Source: a virus (Duplodnaviria; Caudoviricetes). Taken from it: 64,000 nucleotides of DNA. The DNA is taken from IMG/VR virus record IMGVR_UViG_3300046678_000420, positions 25,948 to 89,947 of that record. One strand, given 5' to 3'. The notes below the pieces were generated by a model. That model did not search any database and was not told the DNA's origin. It saw only the letters and a list, made by a program, of their open reading frames with translations. Position 1 is the stretch's first letter. Every line of letters starts with the position of its first letter. Below are positions 45,556 to 55,801 of this stretch, piece by piece. The translations under genes were made by a program, and so were the position numbers.

Positions 45556-45941
45556 CTAATGGTCGCGCCAGCAAATCCAAGGGCTACCGGGGCGAAACAG
45601 AATTCGTCCAGGCTGCCGCCGAACACGGATATGAGGCCGGGCGCAACGGCAACGTCTACGGCAACAAAGACCGGGGCGATATCCACGGAATCCCCGGATG
45701 GGTCATTCAGGTCAAGAGCGTAGCCACCCCCAAGATTCCCGAGTTCATCAAGGACGCCGGGGAGCAGGCCAAGAACGCCGGGGTCCGGCTCTACTGCGTC
45801 GCGCTCAAGCTCAGAGGCAAGCACATGCGGGATGGGGTCATTCTCATGCCCGTTGGCCAGTGGTTCGAGATCGTGAAGGAACTGGAGGAGTTGCGCAATG
45901 ACAAAGAAGCGCTCACAAGGCTTCTCCGCTCCGAAGCTTGA
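45552..45941 (+). CDS. Holliday junction resolvase-like nuclease (unit 2)
   Basis: Diverged homolog of 775-1167. Confidence 0.7.
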   Translation: MTNGRASKSKGYRGETEFVQAAAEHGYEAGRNGNVYGNKDRGDIHGIPGWVIQVKSVATPKIPEFIKDAGEQAKNAGVRLYCVALKLRGKHMRDGVILMPVGQWFEIVKELEELRNDKEALTRLLRSEA

Positions 45942-46314
45942 CATCGCTCAGGTACTCGAACATTACGGCGCATCGCACGTCCCAGAGGGCCGGGAACGGC
46001 CCATGCGATGCCCCTTTCACGGGGAGGACCGATCGCCTTCCGGCTCGGTCAACACGGATACCGGGCTGTTCTTTTGCTTCACCTGTGGAATCGGTGGGGA
46101 CGGTTGGGCACTCATTCAGGCAAGGGAGGGATTGAGCTTTCGTGAAGCTCGCGAGTTCGCGGCTGGCGTATTTGGCGCAGGCGACGGAGACATACAGCAA
46201 GGCCCTTCGCGGGTCACCCGCCGACGAGTATTTGACGACGATGCGGGGACTGAGCGCGGACAGCAAGACATATTTTCGGCTGGGCTACGTCGCCGACCCT
46301 TTGCCGGGTCATGA
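45898..46314 (+). CDS. Primase zinc-finger part (unit 2)
   Basis: CPFHGEDRSPS..CFTC. Confidence 0.85.
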   Translation: MTKKRSQGFSAPKLDIAQVLEHYGASHVPEGRERPMRCPFHGEDRSPSGSVNTDTGLFFCFTCGIGGDGWALIQAREGLSFREAREFAAGVFGAGDGDIQQGPSRVTRRRVFDDDAGTERGQQDIFSAGLRRRPFAGS

Positions 46315-46789
46315 GAAGTACCGGGGTCACCTGGCAGTTCCCTATGTGACTAGGGCCGGGATCGTGGCTACGAGGTTCCGTCGCATCGGCGACGGCACAG
46401 GCCCCAAGTACCTATCCGAACCCGGGGAAGAATCCCGCCTCTACCACCCTGAGGGCTTCTTTCGGCACGAACGCTATATCTGCCTCTGCGAAGGCGAGAT
46501 AGACACGATGACCGCCTTTCAGGTCGGGCTACCGGCCGTGGGCGTACCGGGTGCGAATTCGTGGGCCCGGTTCTTCTACCGGGCCTTTGACGGCTACGAC
46601 GCCGTGTTCATCCTCGCCGACCAGGACGACAAGGGAGCCGGGCAGGGCTTCGCCGAGAAGGTAGCTGGCCAGATCAAGGCCGCTCGCATCATCCCCATGA
46701 CCCATCAGGGCCAGGGCCACGACGTCAATTCGCTCGTCATGGAGCACGGCGCGGAAGCGCTGATATCGAAGATAGGAGTCGAGCTTTGA
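46142..46789 (+). CDS. Primase TOPRIM part (unit 2)
   Basis: Homolog of 1368-2015. Confidence 0.88.
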   Translation: MKLASSRLAYLAQATETYSKALRGSPADEYLTTMRGLSADSKTYFRLGYVADPLPGHEKYRGHLAVPYVTRAGIVATRFRRIGDGTGPKYLSEPGEESRLYHPEGFFRHERYICLCEGEIDTMTAFQVGLPAVGVPGANSWARFFYRAFDGYDAVFILADQDDKGAGQGFAEKVAGQIKAARIIPMTHQGQGHDVNSLVMEHGAEALISKIGVEL

Positions 46790-47091
46790 GTATCAAATAC
46801 CCGCCTGGCCTGATGAACTTCGGGATCTCGTCGTCTGATCTGGGCTTGGCCGTGAACATATTCCTGTTCGGCGCGGTCGAGCGCATCAGCGGGACTGGCG
46901 CAGAGCAGTACGAGAAGCGCGACAAGAACGGCAACCCCTTCCAGGCGTTCGAGGAGATGACCCCGCTCGAACTCATCAAGATGGCCCGGGAAGAGGTTCA
47001 AGACCTGGGCGTCTACGCGGCGATGACGGATCTCCGGTTGGCCCGGATGCAAGCGGCCCTCGCCCGGTCGGTCGTGGGTGATGCCCGATGA
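46786..47091 (+). CDS. Hypothetical / MazG-like protein (unit 2)
   Basis: Homolog of 2012-2317. Confidence 0.45.
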   Translation: MSIKYPPGLMNFGISSSDLGLAVNIFLFGAVERISGTGAEQYEKRDKNGNPFQAFEEMTPLELIKMAREEVQDLGVYAAMTDLRLARMQAALARSVVGDAR

Positions 47092-47447
47092 GTGACATCC
47101 GGGTTGAGCTGGACTTGGAACCGGCAGCCCTCGCCGGTATCTACCGGTGGATGAGCTGGCCCCTGGCCCTGTGCGAGGAATCCACGCCTACGGCGGATGA
47201 CCTCACGGAGCTGGTGACACACGTGGTGACGGAGGTTGCCGCTGTTGACCCCGGCTCGTACGTCTCGCTCGGCCGAGTGCTGGCCATCCGAGACACGGAG
47301 ATGCCCGACGCGATCGAGGTCGCGCTAGTCATCGGCGTTGCCTGGATCGGCGACGACAACGACCCCGACGCCGCGCCGGCCAACCGCTTTACAGCAGGCG
47401 CCGCGGACTGGACCCACGACATTCTGAACGAGGGGGAGAGCAAGTGA
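47088..47447 (+). CDS. Hypothetical protein (unit 2)
   Basis: Homolog of 2314-2676. Confidence 0.8.
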   Translation: MSDIRVELDLEPAALAGIYRWMSWPLALCEESTPTADDLTELVTHVVTEVAAVDPGSYVSLGRVLAIRDTEMPDAIEVALVIGVAWIGDDNDPDAAPANRFTAGAADWTHDILNEGESK

Positions 47448-48208
47448 GCGACTGGAAGACGATTCTTTGCCTGCCGGACTACCAGGTTCCCTATCATGAC
47501 GCGCGGCTGGTCCGGACGCTGACGCGGCTGGTGGGCGACCTTCAGCCGGACAAGGTCGTTCACGTCGGGGATTTCCTCGACAGCCCGGAGCCGTCGCGCT
47601 GGAACAAGGGCGCGGCGGGTGAGTACGCCGGGACCCTTCAGAAGTCGCTCGATCAGGCGTCGGACGTCCTCATAGACCTGCGGGTGGTGTATGACGGCCC
47701 GATCGTGCTGAAGCTGGGCAACCACGACCGGCGCATTCAGGACTACGTCCGCCGGTACGCCCCGGCGCTAGCGCCCCTGAGAGCCCTGGACTTCGGGCGG
47801 CTCATCGGTGCTGACCGCCTGAACGTGGAGATCTGCCACGGCGTCTATGAGGTCGCCCCCGGCTGGCTCGTCGCCCACGGCGATGAGGGTTCGTTGTCGC
47901 GGTACGCGGGCGGCACGGCCGCCGGTCTGGCTCAGAAGTTCGGCAAGAGCGTGGTCTGTGGGCACACGCACCGCGCGGGCCTGATCCCCCACTCGACCGG
48001 CTACAACGGCCGGACCCGGGCTCTGTTCGGGATGGAGGTCGGACACGCCATGGACCTGAAGCGCGCGGGCTACCTGAAGGCCGGGGCCGCCAACTGGCAA
48101 CAGGCTTTCGGGATCTTGAGGACGAACGGCAAGACCACCATCCCGACCCTTATCCCTGTGGTTGATCGGCGGTTCACCTTTGACGGCGCCGTCTACGACG
48201 TGAAGTGA
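47444..48208 (+). CDS. Metallophosphoesterase (unit 2)
   Basis: Homolog of 2673-3437. Confidence 0.9.
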   Translation: MSDWKTILCLPDYQVPYHDARLVRTLTRLVGDLQPDKVVHVGDFLDSPEPSRWNKGAAGEYAGTLQKSLDQASDVLIDLRVVYDGPIVLKLGNHDRRIQDYVRRYAPALAPLRALDFGRLIGADRLNVEICHGVYEVAPGWLVAHGDEGSLSRYAGGTAAGLAQKFGKSVVCGHTHRAGLIPHSTGYNGRTRALFGMEVGHAMDLKRAGYLKAGAANWQQAFGILRTNGKTTIPTLIPVVDRRFTFDGAVYDVK

Positions 48209-48217
48209 GGTGAGCTG

Positions 48218-48799
48218 TTGCTGACGCATGACGACTATGAGCGGGTGTCCGAGATCGTGAAGCGGGCCGCACGCGGCCTCGCGAAGTCTTGGCCGGGCAT
48301 CGACGGGGAGGACATCGAGCAAGAGATCTGGGTGGGCCTGGTCAAGGACTGGCCCAAGCTCCCGGATGACGACGGCCTGATTCGGCATCGCGCCTGGAAG
48401 CACGGCCTGAAGTACTGCCACGACGAGCGGTATTTCTATACGCTGCGTTCGGCGGAGTGGGTCTACACCCCGAGCGAGGTGCGGGCCCTGTTCCGGGACT
48501 GCTTCTTTGACCCGGTGTGGTGGGAGGACATGCCCACGAAGGAGGCGGACAACTCCCTCAAGGCCGGGGGCGTGGTGGTGCTTCTCTGGGACCTGCGGAA
48601 CGTCTGGGACTCGCTGAGCGACGACCAGCGGGAGGACATTGCCCGCGTGTACCGGGACCAGGTCGAAGTGACCTCGGCGGAGCGGAAGGCGTGCCAGAGG
48701 GCTGTTGATGTCGCTACGGAGAAGCTGAACCGGCGCATGGAGTTTCAGACGTTGGTCCGCCGTGGTGTGGACGCGGACCGGGAGGCGCTTCGAGTGTGA
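48218..48799 (+). CDS. Sigma-70-like factor (unit 2)
   Basis: Homolog of 3447-4028. Confidence 0.65.
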   Translation: MLTHDDYERVSEIVKRAARGLAKSWPGIDGEDIEQEIWVGLVKDWPKLPDDDGLIRHRAWKHGLKYCHDERYFYTLRSAEWVYTPSEVRALFRDCFFDPVWWEDMPTKEADNSLKAGGVVVLLWDLRNVWDSLSDDQREDIARVYRDQVEVTSAERKACQRAVDVATEKLNRRMEFQTLVRRGVDADREALRV

Positions 48800-48942
48800 G
48801 CCGGCCGCGAGCTGTAAAGCGAACCGCGGAGCCCCCTAGCCTTCGGGCCGGGGGGCTCTTTTGCGCTCTTGACGAGACGCCGTTCCCCCGTGAGGCTCCA
48901 TAGGGCGCAACATTCGACAACCTTCGAGGCAGGGGACAGGCA

Positions 48943-49161
48943 ATGCACCTAACATTCATCGGCAAGGACCCGGAGTCGAATCCGAACGGCTCGCCAACCG
49001 TGTACCGCACGGACCGAGGAACCTGGGTGGTGCAGGGCTGGGACGTCAGTGATCCCGCTGTGCTCGCCCAGATGAACATCCCCGAGGGCGAGACGTGCGT
49101 GGAGATCCCGGATCGGATGCTTCAGTTCTTCAGTCAGGAAGGTCATGGAGTCGATCAGTGA
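48943..49161 (+). CDS. Small protein of the DUF6879 module (unit 2)
   Basis: Homolog of 4170-4388. Confidence 0.75.
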   Translation: MHLTFIGKDPESNPNGSPTVYRTDRGTWVVQGWDVSDPAVLAQMNIPEGETCVEIPDRMLQFFSQEGHGVDQ

Positions 49162-49663
49162 GGGTGAGTTCGGCGAGCTGCTGACCACGTTCAAGCGCGA
49201 TGCGATCCACCTCGAACAGCGGGACGCCTACGGCACTGAGATTGAACTGCCGTATATGGCGAAGTGGGCGGCCGGGGAACCGGATGACCTGGCGTGGCTT
49301 AACGAGTGGTGCGAGTCGCTGCGGGAGCATGTTGCGGCTGGCCGGTCGGTGCGGCGTGCCCGCATCGTCTCCGAACCTTTGAGTGACTATCAGCGCTGGT
49401 CGTACAGCATCGCTCAGCCGATGGTCGATGCTGGCGAAGATATCCGTTGGGTTCCTCGCCGCCGGGTGTCGTTGCTAGCCCTGCCGGGGAACGACTACTA
49501 CCTGTTTGACGATCGACTTGCCGTGTTCCTGATCTACGCGGGTAGTGGGCTCGCGGTCGATCGGCTCGCTTCCACTGATCCCGCCGACCTGAAGCTATGC
49601 AGATCGGCGTTCGAAGAGGTGTGGAAGCTGTCCATCCCGCACCGTGACTACGAAGCCGTCTAG
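49145..49663 (+). CDS. DUF6879-family protein (unit 2)
   Basis: Homolog of 4372-4890. Confidence 0.75.
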   Translation: MESISEGEFGELLTTFKRDAIHLEQRDAYGTEIELPYMAKWAAGEPDDLAWLNEWCESLREHVAAGRSVRRARIVSEPLSDYQRWSYSIAQPMVDAGEDIRWVPRRRVSLLALPGNDYYLFDDRLAVFLIYAGSGLAVDRLASTDPADLKLCRSAFEEVWKLSIPHRDYEAV

Positions 49664-50513
49664 CGCTGCGCAGCAAGCGCGCGAGGCACTTGGGGTTCGT
49701 CTGCGCGATCTGCGCAAAGACGCTGGCCTGACTGCCCGTGCGCTTGCTGCGCAGACCGGCATTCACTACACGCGGATCAGCAAGGTTGAGAACGGTTCCG
49801 TCTCCCCCTCTGAGCACGAGGTTCATACCTGGTGCCGGGCGTGCGGGTCTGAGGACCAGGACCCGGACCTTATCGCCACTCTGCGGACCGTTGAGTCAGC
49901 CTACGTCGAGCACCGACGCCAGAGCCGATCAGGCATGAAGCGCGTCCTTGGTGCGCATACGCCCCAGCTCTACGAACAGACCCAGGTGTTCCGGATCTAT
50001 GAACACAACGTCGTGCCGGGGCTGTTCCAGACGGCTGACTACACCCGGTCCATGCTGGAGTTCTGGATCAGGTTTCTCAACACCCCGAACGACGTTGACG
50101 AAGCGCTGGCCGTCCGCGTTCAGCGTCAACAGGTGATCTACCGGCCGGATAAGCGTTTCTTCGTCGTGCTGGAAGAACAGGCGCTTCGGACCTGGTTCGG
50201 GAGCGCGGAAGTCCAGGCCGGTCAGCTTGACCGGTTGTTGACTGTGATGGCCCTGCCGAACGTGTCGCTAGGGATCATTCCCTTGATGATTGAGCGTGAC
50301 GGTGTTGCCTCCGCTGGGTTCTGGATCTTCGATGATCTGCTTGTCGCGTTGGAGACTCCGACAGCTGGTATCGAGGTGACCCGCCCTCAGGAGATCGGGC
50401 TCTATGCCCGCATGTTTGACCACATGAAGGCTTCCGCCGTCTATGGCTCAAGCGCCCGTGCGCTAATCACACGAGCGTCCGAGGAGACCATGAATGGTCG
50501 CGAGTACGGGTGA
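49644..50513 (+). CDS. XRE-HTH / DUF5753 regulator (unit 2)
   Basis: Homolog of 4871-5740. Confidence 0.88.
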   Translation: MTTKPSSAAQQAREALGVRLRDLRKDAGLTARALAAQTGIHYTRISKVENGSVSPSEHEVHTWCRACGSEDQDPDLIATLRTVESAYVEHRRQSRSGMKRVLGAHTPQLYEQTQVFRIYEHNVVPGLFQTADYTRSMLEFWIRFLNTPNDVDEALAVRVQRQQVIYRPDKRFFVVLEEQALRTWFGSAEVQAGQLDRLLTVMALPNVSLGIIPLMIERDGVASAGFWIFDDLLVALETPTAGIEVTRPQEIGLYARMFDHMKASAVYGSSARALITRASEETMNGREYG

Positions 50514-50575
50514 CCGATAGGCAACATCTGTCAACTTCGTAGACGCGGTCTCAGTGCCCTTCTTAACGTCGGACC

Positions 50576-50902
50576 ATGACGCAGAGGAGCGCGAGCGCAC
50601 CCACGAGTGAAGAGAACCCCACCCCTCGCGGCGTCCTAGCGCTGCTTGCGGAGGAACCCTCCTATCTGCCCCTGCGGACGGTACGGCTTCCTGACGGGCT
50701 GACCCTCGGCGAGGTCACCTCGGGCGACCTGATCGGGGTTGAAGGCCGTTGGTATCCGGTCCTCGGGTGCACGTCGGTCAACGGCTGGGTCACGGTGGAC
50801 CGGTCCGGCGCAACGAATCTGACGGCGCACGAGTCCACGCCTGTCTACCTCGCGCGCAGGGAGCCGGTCCGTGAACCGGTGGCCCAGGGCCAGCGGCCAT
50901 GA
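50576..50902 (+). CDS. Hypothetical protein (unit 2)
   Basis: Homolog of 5803-6129. Confidence 0.7.
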   Translation: MTQRSASAPTSEENPTPRGVLALLAEEPSYLPLRTVRLPDGLTLGEVTSGDLIGVEGRWYPVLGCTSVNGWVTVDRSGATNLTAHESTPVYLARREPVREPVAQGQRP

Positions 50903-51138
50903 GCGGGACGGCGGCAACCGCGAGAGCGCGGGACCTCAAGGCCGGTCAACGCGTCTACATCGGCCACCTCAAGGCCTGGTACAGCCTGGCCGCTGACGCC
51001 AAGACGCATCGTCTCTCAAAGGACGTGATCCGGCTGGAGTTCAGCCAGATACCCGATGAGTACCGCCACGCCAACACGGCTATGCGGGTCCGGCCGCCGC
51101 GCCGAAGGGTCGGCGCCGACGCCGGCCGCGAGCTGTAA
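50899..51138 (+). CDS. Hypothetical protein (unit 2)
   Basis: Homolog of 6126-6365. Confidence 0.7.
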   Translation: MSGTAATARARDLKAGQRVYIGHLKAWYSLAADAKTHRLSKDVIRLEFSQIPDEYRHANTAMRVRPPRRRVGADAGREL

Positions 51139-51238
51139 AGCGCGCCGCGGCCTCTTGAACCACCCGCCTGCTCGTAGCTTCCCCCCGTGGCGCGGGCGGG
51201 CGGGTGTTCCACAACCACCCCCGAAGGAACGAAGCCCG

Positions 51239-51418
51239 TTGAGCGAGAAGAACGCCCCGCCGAACATCAGCGGGATTCCGCAGTTGGACGCCTACCTTGC
51301 AACGCGCCTGACTGACGAGGAGCAGGAGCAGATGCGGCAGACCTACGTCGATGGAGACCCGGAGGGCAGTCAGGCGATCGTGAACAAGGCGAACATCCGC
51401 AACGAGAACAAGAGCTAG
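51239..51418 (+). CDS. Small hypothetical protein (unit 2)
   Basis: Homolog of 6466-6645. Confidence 0.6.
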   Translation: MSEKNAPPNISGIPQLDAYLATRLTDEEQEQMRQTYVDGDPEGSQAIVNKANIRNENKS

Positions 51419-51422
51419 AGCC

Positions 51423-51611
51423 GTGGTTTACGAACCGCCGCCGAATCCTGACGACTGGATCTGTGACGCACTGCCCTCGCGCCACATATCCGCGTCAGCG
51501 GACACGCGTCATGCGGCTCCTTCCCGCCAGGAGGCGCCGCATCCATGGGCGGCGCTGATTGCCTTCCGGAACACCTACAGAGCCCGTCACGGCGCACCAG
51601 TGCGCTATTAG
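51423..51611 (+). CDS. Small hypothetical protein (unit 2)
   Basis: Homolog of 6650-6838. Confidence 0.55.
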   Translation: MVYEPPPNPDDWICDALPSRHISASADTRHAAPSRQEAPHPWAALIAFRNTYRARHGAPVRY

Positions 51612-51688
51612 ACCCCCGTCCGTCCGATGGTCCCCCCGACTTCGGGCGGGCGGGTTCATGTCCTGCCCGGCCACGCAAGGGAGAGCAC

Positions 51689-52243
51689 ATGAACAGGAAA
51701 GCAATCGCGACGCTCGTCCTTGCCGGATTGGTCATTGTCGCCACAAGCGGCGCGTCCGGCGGGTGCGGCAGCGGCGGCGACGGAGGCACGTCTGCACCTG
51801 CGGTGGGAGCAGGCGGCGAACAGTCCCCGCTGCCCGAGGAACACAGCTCCAGCTCCGCCGAGGAGACCCCCAACGGGCCGAGCGAATCGCCGGACGAGGG
51901 ACACGACCCGTGCAACGCCCACCTGTCGCCGATCACGGTAGGTCACAAAGTGTCGGCAACCCTGACGGTCGGGCCGTGCGCCGACCAGCCCGAGGAGTAC
52001 AGCGGGTCTTTGACGCTCCAGTACGGAACCGGCGACCTGCCTAACGTGAAGTGGACGACGGCGACTCTGATCCCGATCTACAGTGAGAACGCGACGCAAC
52101 CGATCTCGGCTCCGTGTCAAGATGCGTATTGGGTGGTCGTGTACGACGCGTCTGGACGCGACGCCCACGGGAAAGACTTCCAGAGCACCCATTCCGTCTT
52201 TCTGGAAGAGAACCAATTCCCACGGAAGGCGAACTGTCCATGA
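51689..52243 (+). CDS. Putative lipoprotein (unit 2)
   Basis: Homolog of 6871-7419. Confidence 0.7.
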   Translation: MNRKAIATLVLAGLVIVATSGASGGCGSGGDGGTSAPAVGAGGEQSPLPEEHSSSSAEETPNGPSESPDEGHDPCNAHLSPITVGHKVSATLTVGPCADQPEEYSGSLTLQYGTGDLPNVKWTTATLIPIYSENATQPISAPCQDAYWVVVYDASGRDAHGKDFQSTHSVFLEENQFPRKANCP

Positions 52244-52644
52244 GTGAAGATCCCCCCGCCCCTGTCGTGACGCTTGAGGGCGTGCCCGCCGAAACAGGTA
52301 GTGCCTTCATCCCCGACTATAAGTTCCCCGGGACCACGCGCCTGCGGACGGCGATCGGCTCGACACTGCTTTTCGCGCTCATCAATGACCCCCGAGTCAC
52401 TGATCCCGAGGTGCGAGAGCGGTACCAGAGCCATCGTCACGACTTCCAAGACACAGAGCTTGTGGTGAACGGCGAGACCTATCCGGCGGTCGAAGTCCAA
52501 GACCCCGAGATCGGTATCCGCGTTCGTGCTGCGACCGTGAACGGCTTCACCGTGGTTACCACGTCCCCGGTTGATCAGGACGTCCCCGGCGTCCGCGTGA
52601 CGTGGCCGGAGAGTGGCGACGCCGACGCCGGCGAAGCGCTGTAA
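52240..52644 (+). CDS. Hypothetical protein (unit 2)
   Basis: Homolog of 7416-7832. Confidence 0.7.
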   Translation: MSEDPPAPVVTLEGVPAETGSAFIPDYKFPGTTRLRTAIGSTLLFALINDPRVTDPEVRERYQSHRHDFQDTELVVNGETYPAVEVQDPEIGIRVRAATVNGFTVVTTSPVDQDVPGVRVTWPESGDADAGEAL

Positions 52645-52892
52645 AGCGCGCGTGTGAGCCGTACCCCACACGCGCTATGCTGGCCCTGCTTCCCGCGCCT
52701 TCCTAGCCTTTCGGCCGTGTGGGTAACTTGCTGGCAACCGAGGGGAAGCGCAGAACCCCCGCCCTAGTGGCGGGGGTTTTCTGCTTTCTACCTGCGGGTT
52801 AAGAATTCTCTATAACTCACTTGACGCAAGATAGCTGCGGGCCTTATTGTTTTGCCATGCCCGAGGGGGCATGGAAACGGACGGTTGCCAGC

Positions 52893-52997
52893 ATGTCTAA
52901 GAGTTTCAGCAAGGGCGAGCGCAAGGCCTCCGGAAAATCTGATCGGGAGTTCCGCCGGATGCGGAAGACGGCCCGAAAGGCGGAGGGGGAGAAGTGA
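52893..52997 (+). CDS. 34-aa basic peptide (unit 2)
   Basis: Homolog of 8084-8188. Confidence 0.7.
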   Translation: MSKSFSKGERKASGKSDREFRRMRKTARKAEGEK

Positions 52998-53716
52998 AGG
53001 CCCCAAAGAACAAGAAGAAGTCCGCCGGGCGGTACCCGGTCGCGTTGGTGTTCACGCTGCTTGCGGCCGGTGTGTACGTGAACGTGCGGCACGGTGCGGC
53101 CCACGGCAAGCCGCTGAAGCTGTATCCGGCGGAGGCCGGGGTCATATCGGCCCTGCCGACGCTGATCACGGCGGCGGCTATTCACCTCCTCGTCCTCACG
53201 TTCGAGGGGAAGCGGCGTCCCGCGACGCTCCACGGGTTCATCGCCCGCCTGGGTGTCCTCGGCATCTCTGCGGCAGCGTTCCGGGTCTCTTATGACGCCT
53301 GGACGACGGTAAGCAAGGCGGCGGGTATCCGGGGCAGCCTGAGCGGCTATCTCCCCTGGATCACTGAGGGGTTCTTGGCCTTCGCGGTCTATGCGGCGTG
53401 GGTGGTGCAGATGCAGAACCGGGATGAGGAAGCGCCGGAGGCGCCTCAGGCTCCTGCCGCGCCGGTCATCCCGAACACGGTGGAAGAGATGCAAGACGAG
53501 TGGGCTAAGGAGCCCCCGCAGGCGGAGCCTATGCCCGAGCCTGCGATACCGGAACCGGAGGTAACGAGCCCTTCGGCGAGCCAGTTTCCGGGTCCCGCAG
53601 CTCCCGCCCTTCGCGGGGCCGCTGACTTCATGGCCATGGCCAACCAGGCGACGCACCCCAATACCCGCGCCTACTGGATGAGGCTTCACAACGCTCAAGG
53701 CAAGACCCAGATCTGA
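52994..53716 (+). CDS. DUF2637-like membrane protein (unit 2)
   Basis: Homolog of 8185-8910. Confidence 0.65.
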   Translation: MKAPKNKKKSAGRYPVALVFTLLAAGVYVNVRHGAAHGKPLKLYPAEAGVISALPTLITAAAIHLLVLTFEGKRRPATLHGFIARLGVLGISAAAFRVSYDAWTTVSKAAGIRGSLSGYLPWITEGFLAFAVYAAWVVQMQNRDEEAPEAPQAPAAPVIPNTVEEMQDEWAKEPPQAEPMPEPAIPEPEVTSPSASQFPGPAAPALRGAADFMAMANQATHPNTRAYWMRLHNAQGKTQI

Positions 53717-53730
53717 GAGGCGCTGAACGA

Positions 53731-54099
53731 ATGGAAATCGTGATTCGACGGGTGGCTGACGACTTGGACAACACGCAGGACGCGACGGAGACCATTCCGT
53801 TCGCCTTCGACGGGATGGACCTTGAGATTGACCTCTCGGAGGCCAACGCTCTTGAGTTCCGGCTGATGATGGCGAGGTACGTGAACGCGGCCCGGCCCCG
53901 CGTGAAGAAGGCCCCGAAGGGGAAGGCCCGCAAGTCCGCGTCTGGCTATGACGTGCCGAAGGTGCGGGCCTGGTGGTTCGATGAGTGGGAAACGTTGGGC
54001 CTGCCGGAGGCGTCGGACCGAGCCCGTATCCCCAATGTGGTCAGGGACGCAGCGATAGACCACGGCGTGATCCCGCCGCTTCTGCAACTGGCTGCCTGA
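53731..54099 (+). CDS. Variant Lsr2-like protein (unit 2)
   Basis: Homolog of 8925-9293; SDRARIP. Confidence 0.85.
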   Translation: MEIVIRRVADDLDNTQDATETIPFAFDGMDLEIDLSEANALEFRLMMARYVNAARPRVKKAPKGKARKSASGYDVPKVRAWWFDEWETLGLPEASDRARIPNVVRDAAIDHGVIPPLLQLAA

Positions 54100-54264
54100 G
54101 AGACAGGGAACCCCCGTGGCTTCGGCTTCGGGGGTTTCTTCGTGCTCTCACACTGTGCCGGCCAGGTGCTTTAAAGGTAGTGGCATGGGTGATTCGGGTT
54201 GCTTGGATGTGCGTGGGTCGGGCATCATCACCGACGACAGGCTTTCTACAGAATGGTTGGACCA

Positions 54265-54606
54265 GTGGCGAAGCGGGTTATCGAAGTTTTTCACGACGAC
54301 TTGGACGGCGCCGAGGGTGCCAGCACCGTGAAGTTTGGTCTTGACGGCAAGTCGTATGAGATCGACCTCGGGTCGAAGAACGAAAAGGCGCTCAGGAAGG
54401 TCCTGGAAAAGTACGTGGCAGCGGCCACCCCGGCACGGGCGAGCGACTCGGCGCCGGGGCGCCGGAAGTACGGCACCGGCCCGGTTCGCCGGGACACGAA
54501 GCACATTCGTGCGTGGCTTCGCGGTCAGGGTGTCGAGATCAGCGACCGGGGCCGCATCCCTACGGACCTCATGGACCGCTACCAGGCGGCGAACCCGGGT
54601 CGCTGA
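54265..54606 (+). CDS. lsr2: Lsr2 homolog (unit 2)
   Basis: SDRGRIP; homolog of 9458-9799. Confidence 0.92.
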   Translation: MAKRVIEVFHDDLDGAEGASTVKFGLDGKSYEIDLGSKNEKALRKVLEKYVAAATPARASDSAPGRRKYGTGPVRRDTKHIRAWLRGQGVEISDRGRIPTDLMDRYQAANPGR

Positions 54607-54651
54607 GGGCAAACGTTGAGGGCCAGCCTTCGGGCTGGCCCTTCTTGGTTT

Positions 54652-54759
54652 TCAGCTCTTAGCCCTCTGGCCCTCTCGGGCCCTCCGCGCCTTCTTCTTC
54701 TGGACTGCCCAATAGATCCATCCTGGGATGCCCACCCAAACCGCAATGAGCGTGATCAC
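54652..54759 (-). CDS. 35-aa membrane peptide, unit 2 only
   Basis: MITLIAVWVGIPGWIYWAVQKKKARRAREGQRAKS. Confidence 0.5.
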   Translation of the reverse strand: MITLIAVWVGIPGWIYWAVQKKKARRAREGQRAKS

Positions 54760-54872
54760 GTCAAGGGTCGTTCCCACGGTCCCCCTGGGGTCGGTAGCGC
54801 CTGCGAGGCGCGGACAGGCCCCCACTGTATGGCTTGCCGTGCGCGACGTCAGCGTTTCCCGAGCACGCCGAC

Positions 54873-55097
54873 CTAGGCAAGCTCGGTCGAGTAGACCTCC
54901 GGCGTTGGGTGGCTCGCCTCTTGACGCGACAGGTGTCGCTGGGCGTTGAACTCCGCATCAGCCTTGATGTCTGCACCGCGAGAGTGAGCACCGCACTCAC
55001 AGCGCCAGTGATATATCGGCGGATTGAATGGACGGCTAGGCAGGCTGCTCGCTTGCGGCCCGGCGCCGATGAGCGTCCGCAGAACCTTCCCGATCAC
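54873..55097 (-). CDS. Hypothetical protein, unit 2 only
   Basis: WRCECG..A..H motif; RBS GGAG. Confidence 0.55.
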   Translation of the reverse strand: MIGKVLRTLIGAGPQASSLPSRPFNPPIYHWRCECGAHSRGADIKADAEFNAQRHLSRQEASHPTPEVYSTELA

Positions 55098-55116
55098 ACC
55101 TGGTCTCCTGTCTCTT

Positions 55117-55749
55117 TTACCAGAGCCCGTCTTGGCCTACGGCTTCGGCGTGGCGCTCCAGCTTGATTGGGACCATGAGGCCCCGGAAGTAAGGCCCATA
55201 CTTCACGAGTATCGGTTCCTCGGGGTCACGAATCATCCAAGCGGCCCGGCGTTCGCTCTTGTCCGACTTCACCAGCCGGAAGCGGGACGTGAGGCCCATG
55301 TCCAACACGAACACGCTCGACGGGTCCTCGTAGCGCTCGAACAATGCGGCCAGGCCGCGCCAGGCGGCATCCGGGGTCATGCCGGTGGCGTCCTCCACGG
55401 CCTCACGGGACGAGCCGATCTGTAGCACCAGCCCGTCACCGGGGAACCAGGACAGCACGACGTCTTGCTTCGGGTGCTGGCGACAAAACGAGGTCACGGC
55501 ATCGAGCCCTTCGCGGGGGATCTCGATCCTGACGGTTCCGCGGTTCGCTTTAAAGCCTTCGGCCGGCGTCCAGTCGTACGCGGCGGCGTACGGGTCGCCC
55601 CCGAGGATCGTCACGCCGTCGGCGTCCACGGTGAAAAGGACGCTGCGGATGGTGGCGTTCTTCTTGTGGACGTGGGCGACGTTGCCCGCAACGCGGCAAA
55701 GCGCGGCGGCGTCCATGGTCCAGGTGGCTTGAGGCTCGCTCAGGGCCAT
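55117..55749 (-). CDS. Possible beta-clamp-like protein (unit 2)
   Basis: Diverged homolog of 11302-11958. Confidence 0.45.
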   Translation of the reverse strand: MALSEPQATWTMDAAALCRVAGNVAHVHKKNATIRSVLFTVDADGVTILGGDPYAAAYDWTPAEGFKANRGTVRIEIPREGLDAVTSFCRQHPKQDVVLSWFPGDGLVLQIGSSREAVEDATGMTPDAAWRGLAALFERYEDPSSVFVLDMGLTSRFRLVKSDKSERRAAWMIRDPEEPILVKYGPYFRGLMVPIKLERHAEAVGQDGLW

Positions 55750-55801
55750 CCTCCTATCAGACGAGAAAGGCCCCGCCGAAGCGGGGCCATCTAGGGGGCG
55801 T